DNA of 63,445 nt, the filler included. It is 6 parts of 6 records of this genome, joined end to end, with 100 filler letters (N's around TTAATTAATTAA, not from the genome) between each part and the next. Parts side by side here need not be neighbours in the genome. Positions count along the whole stretch, not along the records: positions 37,320 to 41,900 come from SRR20825010_4185; positions 42,001 to 63,445 come from SRR20825010_4193; 4 more parts are not named here. The stretch is one strand, 5' to 3'. A model generated the notes under the pieces. It saw only the letters and a program-made list of their open reading frames with translations. It made no database searches and was not told the DNA's origin. The position numbers and the translations under genes are program-made. Below, piece after piece: positions 37,598 through 49,383 of the stretch (positions within the stretch are counted from its first letter, which is position 1; every line of letters begins with the position of its first letter).

Positions 37598-38194
37598 TCA
37601 AGCGTTCCGCAGGGCCTTGCGGAGAAACCGTTGCAAGGTTTCAGCAATCTGCTCACGCAGGATTTTCTCATCGAAGATGCTCCGTCCCGGAATGCCATCG
37701 AAGAGCGCCAGGACCAGGAACACCATTGCCTGGACATCGAGCGCGGGATCAACCGCGCCGCACTTCTGACCCCGCTCCAGGGCATCAGAAAGCGCGCGTC
37801 GAAGCTCGCTTTCGTTGCGCTCAAAAACCTCTGCTATCACCGGATTGCGCGTTGCTTCCGCACCAATTTCGATGGCCAGCCGCCCGTATTGTTCATTTCT
37901 CAGCACAGCGATGATCTCGGGCACGACTTCGCACAATCCGTCGACTATGTCGTCCGCCGCCGAGAGATGAGCTATCAGCTCGGCATTTTCGGCCCGTTCC
38001 TCATCGGCCAAAGCGACAATGATCGCTTCCTTGCTCTCGAAATAGCGGTAGAGGGCACCGGCACTGATCCCTGCTGTGTCGCAAATTTCCTGCATACTCG
38101 CCTGATGCACGCCCTTTGCGGCGAAGCATTTGGCCGCCGCTCTCAAAATTTCAGACTTCCTGCGTTTGTGCAGAGCCTCATCCCGGGTTCTCAA
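37598..38194 (-). CDS. TetR/AcrR family regulator
   Basis: HTH SMQEICDTAGISAGALYRYFESKE, AAGGAG RBS before the TTG, divergent from the RND genes. Confidence 0.93.
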   Translation of the reverse strand: MRTRDEALHKRRKSEILRAAAKCFAAKGVHQASMQEICDTAGISAGALYRYFESKEAIIVALADEERAENAELIAHLSAADDIVDGLCEVVPEIIAVLRNEQYGRLAIEIGAEATRNPVIAEVFERNESELRRALSDALERGQKCGAVDPALDVQAMVFLVLALFDGIPGRSIFDEKILREQIAETLQRFLRKALRNA

Positions 38195-38211
38195 GGCGCA
38201 CTCCTTTTAAA

Positions 38212-38284
38212 AAGCGAATATTCATTCTCTATATGACTTGACAAGCGAACCTGGCAAGTCAATTCATAAAGTGAACGCTCATTC
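38212..38284. promoter_or_regulatory. Putative twin TetR operators flanking an inverted repeat that contains TTGACA
   Basis: AAGCGAATATTCATTC (38212-38227) and AAGTGAACGCTCATTC (38269-38284). TGACTTG/CAAGTCA inverted repeat at 38234-38261. Confidence 0.6.
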
Positions 38285-38303
38285 TTTTAATGAAAGATGC
38301 AAA

Positions 38304-39677
38304 TTGTCACTCGATACCCCCTCTGCGCAGAGCGCCGCTGGCAGACAGAAAGGGCATTGGCACCGGTGGGCCGGCGGGCTCGCTCTGATGCTCGTGTCAG
38401 CGGGGAGCCTTATAGCCCTGTTTGAACAGGAACCGCCCGCACGAGTAGTGATCGCACGAGAAGAAGACAGGCCGGTTGTCGCCGCAACGCGTGCCAGACA
38501 GGGAACGCTAACCCGGTGGATCGTCGCCCGAGGTGTCGCCCAGGCTGTGCTGAAAAGCCACCTCCATATCGAGACCGCCGGGATCGTCGCCGAAATCGGC
38601 CAGGACGCAGACGGAGTACCGCTGCGCGAAGGAACCTTCGTTCATGGCCCGAAACCCGATGGGCAGCTCGGTCAGATGCTGCTTCGCCTTGACGACCGGG
38701 AAGCGCGGGCACGAATGGCGCAGGCGGCAGCCGAGCGGCAGCGTGCGGAACGGCGTGTCGAGGTGGCACAGGCGGCGCTCGACCAGGCACGACAGGAACA
38801 CACGCGCACGACCGCGCTCGCTTCCCGCGGCATTGCCTCGCACAAGGCAGCAGAGACGGCTGACACCCTTTTGCGGACAGCGAAAGCGGAACTGGAAACC
38901 GCCCGTGCTGAAGTCGATCTGGCAGCGGCTCAATTCCGACAGGCAGGGATCGTTCTTGAGAAGATGGTGCTCCGCGCGCCTTTCGACGGGCGCCTTTCTC
39001 TCATCAACGTGCGCGTGGGCGACTATGTTGAAGGCGCGGTGGCCGGTTCGCAAGCCTCGCGCGAGAAAACCGCGGCTGCCATCCTCGTCAATGAGGAGGT
39101 CCTGGAGATCGCGCTCAACGTGCCCTGGCCAGACGCCAAGAATCTGGCGCCCGGGCAGGACGTTCTCGCCAGCGACAATTCTGAAGCCATTTGGGAGACC
39201 GCAACCGAGGGCATCGACCACCCGGACGTCGTCACCGGACAGATCTGGTCGGTCAGTCCGTCGATTGGGCTTGGCAGCCGGGCGGTTCAGGTCAAGGTTC
39301 GCATCCGTGGCGGCACCGTCAGGGACGGCATGTTGACGACGGTCTGGATTGCCGCTGCACAGGTCCTTAACACTACAATCCTGCCCCATAGCGCTCTTGT
39401 CCATTCCGGGGACAAGCCGTTCATCTTCACCCTCATCCCCGGCGGCTCAGTGGTCGAGAAGCGACAGGTGCAGGTGGGGATATCCAATCATACCCACGTC
39501 GCGATCCGTTCCGGCGTGGAGGATGACGAGCTAGTCATCATCGCCGGCCAGCACCTTCTCAATGACGGAATGGCGGTTCAACTGGCAGGCGACCATTCCT
39601 CCGCAACGGGCAACTCCACCTCGACTGCAAGTATCGCTGGCGAGGATAACCGTCCGGGGCCCGAGAGGCGGCAATGA
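38304..39677 (+). CDS. RND efflux periplasmic adaptor (start uncertain; track gives 38238)
   Basis: TM anchor, LLRLDDRE, coiled coil, LRAPFDG..VRVGDYV and VEKRQVQVG. ATGA overlap with the permease. Confidence 0.88.
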   Translation: MSLDTPSAQSAAGRQKGHWHRWAGGLALMLVSAGSLIALFEQEPPARVVIAREEDRPVVAATRARQGTLTRWIVARGVAQAVLKSHLHIETAGIVAEIGQDADGVPLREGTFVHGPKPDGQLGQMLLRLDDREARARMAQAAAERQRAERRVEVAQAALDQARQEHTRTTALASRGIASHKAAETADTLLRTAKAELETARAEVDLAAAQFRQAGIVLEKMVLRAPFDGRLSLINVRVGDYVEGAVAGSQASREKTAAAILVNEEVLEIALNVPWPDAKNLAPGQDVLASDNSEAIWETATEGIDHPDVVTGQIWSVSPSIGLGSRAVQVKVRIRGGTVRDGMLTTVWIAAAQVLNTTILPHSALVHSGDKPFIFTLIPGGSVVEKRQVQVGISNHTHVAIRSGVEDDELVIIAGQHLLNDGMAVQLAGDHSSATGNSTSTASIAGEDNRPGPERRQ

Positions 39678-41900
39678 AGCGGCGCGGTACGCTTCAGTTT
39701 TTGCTGCTCAACCCGACCCTGGCGCTCGTTCTGCTGGCCGCCTGCCTGATTGGAGGGAGCGTCGCGCTCCTGAACATGGTGCGCGAGAACTATCCCGATC
39801 TTGCTATCCCCCAGGCTGTTATTGCGACCGAATGGGCGGGCGCTTCACCAGAACAAATGGAAAAGGAAGTCACCAAGCCGATCGAGGATGTCATTCGGGC
39901 GCTCCCGGGATTGAAGTTCCATGAGAGCAGTTCAAGCAACTCGCTGTCCCTTGTCATTCTCCAATTCGAGGCCGACATTCCCACCGCTGTCGCCATGCAG
40001 GAGCTACGGGCGCGGATCAGCGAAGCGGAAAGCCAATTTCCGACTGGGGTCAAGAAGCCGGACGTCCAACAGGTTTCGGTCAACGACATGCCCGTCGCAA
40101 GCTTTGTTCTCTCCGGCGATACAGACGAGGAGCAGCTCAATCTTTGTGCGGACAAGCTGAAACGCAAGCTCGAAGAACTGCCGGGCGTTCGCGCCGTACG
40201 TCTGCAAGGTGCAAGGCCACGCGCGGTGCAAATTCGCCTCGATGTCGCACGCCTTTCCGCCCTCGGCATCCCGACAAGTGCGGTGCGCGACCGCGTCCGC
40301 TCCGCCAACCGGGATCTCGCCTGGGGCGAACTGGAGACGAAAACAGCGACACACGCCCTCTATCTTGCCGGTCGGGCGACTTCCGTAACCGATCTGCGCA
40401 CAATCCAGATTGCGGCACTCGACGACGGGACGATCGTCCAGCTCGGCGATGTGGCCGAGGTCTTTATCGGCCTCGACGAGGAGGACGGAACCTCACAGGT
40501 CAGCATCGACGGCACTGATTTCCGGCCTGCCATCAGCCTGTCGGTCCTCAAGCGTCCCGGTAACGACACGGTCGGCACGATCGAAGCGGTCAGCCGCCAG
40601 ATCTCCGAAGTAACGACAGCAACTGACTGGCCCACGGAAATTGGGATTACCACGCTCAACGATGAACGCGAAGTCATCCACGACAGCTTTCGCGAGGTGA
40701 CGACCAATCTCATGCAAGGCGCCGCCGCAGTCTTTCTGATGCTGCTCCTGGCGCTCACCTGGCGCGAGGCGATTGTTGCGGTGATAGCCATGCCAGTGGC
40801 TCTGCTGGCTGCGCTGGTCATCGTCGATCAGCTCGGCTTCACGCTCAATACACTGACCATTCTGGGCATGGTCATCGCGCTCGGATTGCTTGTCGATGTT
40901 TTTATCCTGGTGATGGAGGGCATGCATGACGGACTCTATATCCGGCGCCTGCATTTCGACGATGCTGCCCGGTCCACAGTCAGAGCCTACCTCATGCCAG
41001 CAATTGCCGGTCAGGCCACCACCATCCTCGCCCTGCTTCCGTTGATGCTGATAGGAGGCATCGACGGCAAGTTCATCCGGCTCATTCCCCTGACTGCCAT
41101 TGCCTGTCTGGTGGCGAGCCTTGGTGTCGCCTTTCTGATAGCGGTTCCCCTGTCACGCTTCCTCCTTGCCCGAAAAGTGAACCCGGCAGCAACGCCGGTC
41201 GACCGCGCAACCCTTTTCCTCGCTTGGTATGTCGAAACCTGGCTTCTCCACGGTCCCCTTCGCTCCAGAACGCGTGCCGCGATCGTGGTCGCGCTGGCCT
41301 TGCTCTGCTTCCTCGCCTCGGCGCTCCTGGCGACATCTCTGCCCTCGATCCTCTATCCCAAAGAGGATCGCCGCACACTCGGCATCACTGTTTCGCTGCC
41401 GCCCGACGCAACGCTGGCAGATGCGGAACGCGTGGCACTGAAGGCCGGGGAGTCGCTCCGTAGTCTTTCCTATCTCGCCAGCGTGACCACGCACGCCGCA
41501 GAAAAGAGCCCCTTCGCGCTGCATACAATCGACGAGTATCTCCTTCCGCTCTTCGGCGCCGATATGGTGGGCATATCCGTGCTCTTCAAACCCAAAAATG
41601 CCCGCGAGATCGCCTCATATGAGGCACTGCCCGAGATCCGCGAACGGCTGGCAGCAGCGCTCTCCGACGAGCCGGGCCTCAATGTCCTGCTAAGTCCGGA
41701 TCTCGGCGGCGCGACATCAGCCGCCCCGATACAGATCAGGCTTGTTGGCGACGATCCCATGCGCCTGCGTACGCTTTCCCGGACGATACAGAGCGCGCTC
41801 GCCGCCATCCCGGCCGTGAATGATATCCGCGACACAATCGGTCCCTTCAAGACGGAAGTCCGGTTCACCCTCGACCGCGACGTGCTGGCCTATCACCGGT
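39674..41900 (+). CDS. AcrB/AcrD/AcrF-family RND permease (3' truncated)
   Basis: RENYPDL, GASPEQMEKEVTKPIED, TM4 GLLVDVFILVME and TTILALLPL. Confidence 0.92.
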
Positions 41901-42000
41901 NNNNNNNNNNNNNNNNNNNNNNNNNNNNNNNNNNNNNNNNNNNNTTAATTAATTAANNNNNNNNNNNNNNNNNNNNNNNNNNNNNNNNNNNNNNNNNNNN
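41901..42000. other. Artificial contig linker
   Basis: 44 N + TTAATTAATTAA + 44 N. Confidence 0.99.
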
Positions 42001-43831
<1,831 letters not shown>

Positions 43832-43935
43832 TTAGCCCGGATTTCTCAATGCGCAGGTGTCCATATGTGCAATCACAGCGATAAATATCCCGGGTGGAGG
43901 CACCTGCCGGGTGTGGATGCGATGGGGGCTTGCCC

Positions 43936-44550
43936 ATGGTGCTGACCTACCTGACGCTGCTGGTGCTGGTGGGGGCCAGCCTGCCGGCGGTGGTGCGCAG
44001 CTTTCTGCCGCCGTTGCCGCGCCGGATTACCGGGATTACCCCGCAGGCGGTGGTAGTGCTGGGGGCGGGCCGGCGCCAGCGAAATGGCCGGTTCTCCCTG
44101 ACCACCCGAGGGCTGCGGCGGCTAAAATTGGCGGCCGAGTTGGCCAACGAGCACGGCTTGCCGTTGCTGGTCAGTGGTGGCATTAGCCAGACTCCCATGC
44201 ACGATAACGAGCCCACCGAAGCGGACCTGATGGCCGAGCAGGCCCTGCGCCGTTGGCCGGGGCTGACTGTGATCAAGGAAACCCGCAGTCGCAATACCTG
44301 GGAAAATGCTTGCCACAGCAGCGAGTTGTTGGCTGAGCGGGGGATGGATGAGGTGATTCTGGTTAGCGACCGCTCCCACCTGCCCCGGGCGCTGCTGTGC
44401 TTCCAGAGCCAGGGTGTACTGGCTCAGGCTGCCTGGAGCAAACGCTTGCCGACCCAGGCCTGGCTGCCGTCGGCGGGGGCGTTATCCATGGTGCCGGAGA
44501 TCTGGTACGAGTGGCTGGCGCTTGTCTGGTATCACGTTCGCTATTTGTGA
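43936..44550 (+). CDS. YdcF/ElyC (DUF218) family protein
   Basis: VVLGAG, LVSGG, ETRSRNTWENA, SHLPRA and WYEWLAL. Confidence 0.88.
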   Translation: MVLTYLTLLVLVGASLPAVVRSFLPPLPRRITGITPQAVVVLGAGRRQRNGRFSLTTRGLRRLKLAAELANEHGLPLLVSGGISQTPMHDNEPTEADLMAEQALRRWPGLTVIKETRSRNTWENACHSSELLAERGMDEVILVSDRSHLPRALLCFQSQGVLAQAAWSKRLPTQAWLPSAGALSMVPEIWYEWLALVWYHVRYL

Positions 44551-44577
44551 AAGGCCCCACGCTCCACGCCCCATACA

Positions 44578-46308
44578 TCACGTCTCGTGAGTGCTTCTCC
44601 CGAGTGTTTCCACCGCTTGATAGTGGCTGAGAAATACCTGGCCGCTCAGCACGCTCAGCAAGTGATTCTTTTTCAAACGATCCATCACTGGGCCTTTCAC
44701 TTCAGACAGATGCAGTTGGACGCCGGCCGCGTCCAGCCGTTCGTTAAGGCTTTCCAGGCTTTCCACCGCGCTGGCATCAAGGTGGTTGATAGCGGAACAC
44801 ATCAACACCAGATGAAGCACCTCGGGGCGGGCCATGGCCCGGTCGTAGAGCAGGTCTTCCATGGGGCGGGCGTTACCAAACCACAGCGATTCGTCCACGC
44901 GAATGGACAACACGGCGCTTTCCACGACAACGTCGTGGCGATCTATGTTGCGGAAATGGTGGGTGCCGGGGACCAGACCCACTTCGGCCACATGGGGCTG
45001 GCTGGCACGCCACAGAAACAGAACCAGTGACAGTACGACCCCGATCAGCAGGCCGGTTTGCACATTCACTAACAGCACACCGGCCAAGGTAGCGGCCATG
45101 GCCAGGCTGTCCGGGCGGCTGGAGTGCCACAGGTTTTTCAGCTCTCGTAATTCAATCAGTGAGAGTACGCCCATGACAATAATGGCGCCGAGGGCCGCCT
45201 GGGGAACGCGGGTGAACAGGCCGGTAAACCACAGGGCCACGACGCCCATGGCCAGCCCGGCGAGCAAGCCGGTCATGGGGGTGCGCGCGCCGGCTTCGAA
45301 ACTGACGGTGGTGCGAGAAAAACTGCCGGTGACAGCAAAGCTGCCGGACAGGCCGCTGGCCACATTGGCCAGACCAAGCCCCAGTAATTCACGGTTGGCG
45401 TTGATACGTTCGCGGCGTTTGGCGGCCAGCGCCTGGGCCAGGGAAATGGACTCAACGAATCCGATCAGTGCCAACAGCAGGGCCGGGACCAGCACCTGAT
45501 GCCATTCGCCTGTTTGCAGGCCTGGCCACATGGGGTGTGGCAGCCCGTCGGGAATGGCGCCGACTACGGCAAGACCTTGCTGATCCAGCCCCAGGCCGAT
45601 ATTCACCAGAGCCGTTACCAGTACGGCCAGCACCGGGCCGGATTTGCCGAGAAAGGCGCTGAGCCAGCCGGGCAGGGCAGAGCGTTTGAGTGGGCCAGCC
45701 ATTTTTTTCGGAATGATCAGGCAGGCAATGGCGAGGGCGCCTATTGCCACGGTGATCCAGTGGGTCGCTTCAATGCTGCCCAGTAGGCTGCGGCCCATGG
45801 TGAGGATGTTCTCGCCATGGGCTTCGATGCCAAGTAAATGGCTGAGCTGGCTGGCTGCAATGATGATGGCGCAGCCGCTAACGAACCCCAGGATCACCGG
45901 GTGGCTGAGAAGGTTGGTGAGCCAGCCCATGCGCAGGGCGGCCATTACGAGCAGAATGGCCCCGGACAAGAGTGCCATGGCGATGGCGGCCTGGATGAAA
46001 CGCTGAGGATCGCCGCCGGCAATGGCGCCAGCGGCAGAGGCGGTCATTAATGAGGTCAGCGCGGCGGGCCCCACGGAGAGGGCGCGACTGGTGCCAAACA
46101 GGCCGTAAATAATCAGTGGCAGGATGCTGGCGTAGAGCCCGGTTTCCGGGGGCATGCCGGCCAGCAGCGCGTAGGCAAGCCCCTGGGGAACCAGTAACAG
46201 GGTGACGATAATGGCAGCGATGCCATCACCGGTAGCTTCCTCTTTGTTGTAGCGAGCCAACCAGTCGCTGGCGGGTAACCAGTGTAGAAATTGGAGGGCT
46301 CGCGGCAT
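44578..46308 (-). CDS. SulP-family anion transporter with STAS domain
   Basis: PQGLAYALLAG, GTSRALSVGP, TGSFSRT and STAS RVDESLWFGN. GGAG RBS before ATG 46308. Confidence 0.93.
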   Translation of the reverse strand: MPRALQFLHWLPASDWLARYNKEEATGDGIAAIIVTLLLVPQGLAYALLAGMPPETGLYASILPLIIYGLFGTSRALSVGPAALTSLMTASAAGAIAGGDPQRFIQAAIAMALLSGAILLVMAALRMGWLTNLLSHPVILGFVSGCAIIIAASQLSHLLGIEAHGENILTMGRSLLGSIEATHWITVAIGALAIACLIIPKKMAGPLKRSALPGWLSAFLGKSGPVLAVLVTALVNIGLGLDQQGLAVVGAIPDGLPHPMWPGLQTGEWHQVLVPALLLALIGFVESISLAQALAAKRRERINANRELLGLGLANVASGLSGSFAVTGSFSRTTVSFEAGARTPMTGLLAGLAMGVVALWFTGLFTRVPQAALGAIIVMGVLSLIELRELKNLWHSSRPDSLAMAATLAGVLLVNVQTGLLIGVVLSLVLFLWRASQPHVAEVGLVPGTHHFRNIDRHDVVVESAVLSIRVDESLWFGNARPMEDLLYDRAMARPEVLHLVLMCSAINHLDASAVESLESLNERLDAAGVQLHLSEVKGPVMDRLKKNHLLSVLSGQVFLSHYQAVETLGRSTHET

Positions 46309-46310
46309 GG

Positions 46311-46739
46311 TTATTGCTCCCGGCGTTGGTTGAGGCGATCGGCCAGCTTGCTCAGGTCGTATCCGGCTTGTTCGGCGGTAGCGAGAATGCTGCCAGTGTC
46401 TTGTTCGGTGGCCTGGGTCAGTGCCCACAGGGTGGTGCTGCGTGTGCCGGTGCGGCAGAAGGCCAGAACCGGCGTTTCGGCCAGGGAAACGATGGCGTCA
46501 AAGCCGTCGATATCGGTTTCGGCAATGTTGGCGCCGACCACCGGTTGATGGGCGTAGGCGAGCCCGGCGGCTTCAGCGGCCACGGCCATTTCGTTGCTGC
46601 TGGGCTGGTCGGCGGCTTCCCCGTCCGGGCGGTTGTTGAGCACCATCTTGAAACCGGCGGCGGCAACGGCAGGCATGTCTTCGGGCAGCAGTTGCGCAGA
46701 TACGGACAGGTCATCATTGATCTTGTTGAATTCGGTCAT
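46311..46739 (-). CDS. TIGR01244/DUF442 sulfurtransferase
   Basis: NNRPDGE..QP and active-site loop FCRTGTRS. Confidence 0.9.
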   Translation of the reverse strand: MTEFNKINDDLSVSAQLLPEDMPAVAAAGFKMVLNNRPDGEAADQPSSNEMAVAAEAAGLAYAHQPVVGANIAETDIDGFDAIVSLAETPVLAFCRTGTRSTTLWALTQATEQDTGSILATAEQAGYDLSKLADRLNQRREQ

Positions 46740-46778
46740 GATTCAGCCTTTTTCGGATTGGGTGTGTGATGCGTTAGC

Positions 46779-47687
46779 TTACGCACTTGTGCCTCTGTCC
46801 TCATCCGTTGTGGGCTGGGTTGCGAAGGTATTGAGCGGAATTTTCAGATATTGCACGCCATTGTCTTCAGCCGCAGGCAGGTGGCCGGCGCGCATGTTGA
46901 CCTGCACCGACGGCAGAATCAGCCGGGGCAGGCTCAGGGTGGCATCACGCTGTTCCCGTAAGGTGACAAACGCCGTTTCGCTGATGCCTGCATGGACATG
47001 GATATTGTGCTGGCGTTGCGCGCCGATGGTGGTTTCCCACTGGAAATCCTGGCGCCCTTCGGGCAAGTAGTCGTGGCAGAGAAACACCCGTGTCTCATCC
47101 GGCAAGGCCATCAGTGTCTGGATTGAACGATAGAGTGTGCGTGCATCTCCGCCGGGAAAGTCACAGCGGGCGGTGCCGTAATCGGGCATGAACAGGGTGT
47201 CGCCAACAAAGAGGGCGTCACCGATCAGGTGGCTCATGCAAGCCGGAGTATGGCCGGGGGTGTGGATCGCCCGGGCATCAAGCTGGCCGATCCGGTAGGT
47301 CTCACCGTCACGGAAAAGGTGGTCGAACTGGCTGCCATCGCGGGCAAAATCGCTGCCGGCGTTAAAGACGGTGCCGAAAGTGTCCTGAACGGTACGGATG
47401 TGTTCGCCAATGGCCAGTTTGCCGCCAAGTTGTTGCTGAAGCCACGGCGCGGCGGACAGGTGGTCCGCATGCACGTGAGTTTCCAGCAGCCAGTCCACAG
47501 TCAGTTGCTGATCACGAACGGCGTCGACGATGCGTTGTGCGCTGCAGTGGCGGGTTTGGCCGGATTCGGGAGCGTAGTCCAGTACCGGGTCGATGATCGC
47601 GCAGTGGCGCGATGCCGGGTCGACCACGATGTAGCTCACCGTGTTGGTGTCAGGGTCAAAAAAAGCCTGTATCTGGGGGCAGGGCAT
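46779..47687 (-). CDS. Persulfide dioxygenase-like MBL-fold protein (ETHE1/Blh/Pdo)
   Basis: IIDPVLDY, ETHVHADHLSA, HTPGHTPAC, GDTLFMPDYGTARCDFPGG and CHDY. Confidence 0.9.
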   Translation of the reverse strand: MPCPQIQAFFDPDTNTVSYIVVDPASRHCAIIDPVLDYAPESGQTRHCSAQRIVDAVRDQQLTVDWLLETHVHADHLSAAPWLQQQLGGKLAIGEHIRTVQDTFGTVFNAGSDFARDGSQFDHLFRDGETYRIGQLDARAIHTPGHTPACMSHLIGDALFVGDTLFMPDYGTARCDFPGGDARTLYRSIQTLMALPDETRVFLCHDYLPEGRQDFQWETTIGAQRQHNIHVHAGISETAFVTLREQRDATLSLPRLILPSVQVNMRAGHLPAAEDNGVQYLKIPLNTFATQPTTDEDRGTSA

Positions 47688-47716
47688 GGCGCCTCCGTGG
47701 ATATATTCTGACCACA

Positions 47717-47768
47717 GTTATAGGCGCCCGGCAAAGGAATGTCAAATTTGATATAAGCTTATATCAAA
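47717..47768 (-). promoter_or_regulatory. Sigma-70 promoter TTGACA-N17-TATAAC with adjacent perfect 22-bp palindrome
   Basis: Minus strand: -35 at 47740-47745 and -10 at 47717-47722. TTTGATATAAGCTTATATCAAA at 47747-47768. Confidence 0.8.
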
Positions 47769-47785
47769 AAGAAATATATCGGGTT

Positions 47786-49255
47786 TCACTTGTTCCTGAG
47801 CATGACCCCCAGCCCGATCAGCAGCGCCGATAACAGCAGCCAGGGCCACACACCGGTGGCCATGAACGGGGTGATACCGGTGCGTGGATGGTATTCGCTG
47901 TAGAGCACGTCGCGGGTGAATTGGGGCAGGGCATCAATCACCTGGCCGTGATGATCAATCACCGCGGTGACGCCGTTGTTGGTGCCCCGTAGCAGCCACC
48001 GCCCGGTTTCTGCGGCACGCATGCGGGCCATCTGGAAGTGTTGCAGCGGGCCGGCGGAGGTGCCAAACCAGGCATCGTTACTGATGGTCAGCAGCACATC
48101 GGCGTCGTGACTGCGGGTGGCTACCTGTTCCGGGTAGAGAATTTCGTAGCAGATGAATGGCGCCACGGTGTGGCCCAGGGCGGTCAGGTTCGGCTGCGTG
48201 GGGCTGCCGGGGGTAAAGCCGGACATGGGCAAATCAAAGAAGGGGATCAGCCCACGGATCAATGACTGCATGGGAACGTATTCACCGAACGGGACCAGCT
48301 TTTGTTTGTGGTAGACCCGCGGGTTGCCATCGCCCGGCTGCAAAGGAATCGAGGCAATGCTGTTGTGGTAGGTCACCCCGCTGTTGCTGACCGTGCGCCA
48401 GGGTACCCCGGTGATGAAGCCGCCGTTACGTTCAGCGATTTGCTGGCCTTCCTGTTCCACAAAGTCAGACACATTTTGGTAGAAATCAGTGAGGGCGGAT
48501 TCCGGCCAGATCACCAGGGTATCGGCAGGAATATTTTGAGTCAGATCCTGATAGATCTGCTGGGTTCGCTCACGCATGGACAGCTGCCATTTGATGTCCT
48601 GGGGAATGTTGCCCTGCACCAGCGCGACTTTCTGGGCCGGGCCGCTGGTTTGGGTGAACGTGAGCGTGTGAGCGACGGCGGTGAGCACCAGCAGGGCGCA
48701 GGCTGCGGCCAGGCCAGCGTGCCATGCTCGCCGGCTGCTTGCCGGGCGAACCAGGCTGGCACTGACCAGCACGGTGGTGAGCGTGAGCAGCCAGACCCCG
48801 CCGATGGGGGCCAGCGGAGCAAAGGGCGTATCGATCAGGGCATAGCCCGCATACAGCCAGGGGAAGCCGGTGAGGAAAACGCCGCGCACCCAGTCCAGCA
48901 GTAGCCAGCTGCCGGCAAACGCCAGCGCCGAACGTCCCAGCTGCCAGCTGGCATAAAAAGTGAGCCCGTAAAACAGGGCCAGAAAGGCAGCGAAGATACC
49001 GGTGAACGGGATGGCCATCCACAGAGGCATGAAGCCGTAGTCGTGCATGGACACATGCACCCAGGAAATGCCAAAAGCGAACATGCCGAGCCCGTACAGC
49101 CAGCCTCGCAACAGCGCTTCGCGGGCAGAACCGGCTCGCTGCTGGCACCAGTAGCCGGCGCCGATGCTGACAAACAGCAGCGGCCAGAGATCATAGGGAG
49201 CGAAGGCAAGGGGAAAAAGCAGGCCGGCAATCAAGGCCAACAGACGATCTCGCAT
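47786..49255 (-). CDS. lnt: Apolipoprotein N-acyltransferase
   Basis: TGFPW, VQGNIPQ, IWPES, KQKLVPFGEYVP, ICYEI and SNDAWFG. GAGG RBS before ATG 49255. Confidence 0.96.
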   Translation of the reverse strand: MRDRLLALIAGLLFPLAFAPYDLWPLLFVSIGAGYWCQQRAGSAREALLRGWLYGLGMFAFGISWVHVSMHDYGFMPLWMAIPFTGIFAAFLALFYGLTFYASWQLGRSALAFAGSWLLLDWVRGVFLTGFPWLYAGYALIDTPFAPLAPIGGVWLLTLTTVLVSASLVRPASSRRAWHAGLAAACALLVLTAVAHTLTFTQTSGPAQKVALVQGNIPQDIKWQLSMRERTQQIYQDLTQNIPADTLVIWPESALTDFYQNVSDFVEQEGQQIAERNGGFITGVPWRTVSNSGVTYHNSIASIPLQPGDGNPRVYHKQKLVPFGEYVPMQSLIRGLIPFFDLPMSGFTPGSPTQPNLTALGHTVAPFICYEILYPEQVATRSHDADVLLTISNDAWFGTSAGPLQHFQMARMRAAETGRWLLRGTNNGVTAVIDHHGQVIDALPQFTRDVLYSEYHPRTGITPFMATGVWPWLLLSALLIGLGVMLRNK

Positions 49256-49383
49256 GGGGTTCCTCGTTTCATGCTGGCGAGCGGGCCGCCTGGCGGTTTG
49301 GACTAGAGTCGATGCAATAATACGAATAAAGTAGCAGGCAAAATAACCGGTCAAGCCGGAACGACAAGTCTGGGGGCATCATA

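Noticed and set aside
6877..42000. Five identical TTAATTAATTAA motifs that could look like a repeat family or array
   Set aside because: Each is centred in an exact 100-nt N linker and gives stops in all frames, so they are concatenation artefacts.
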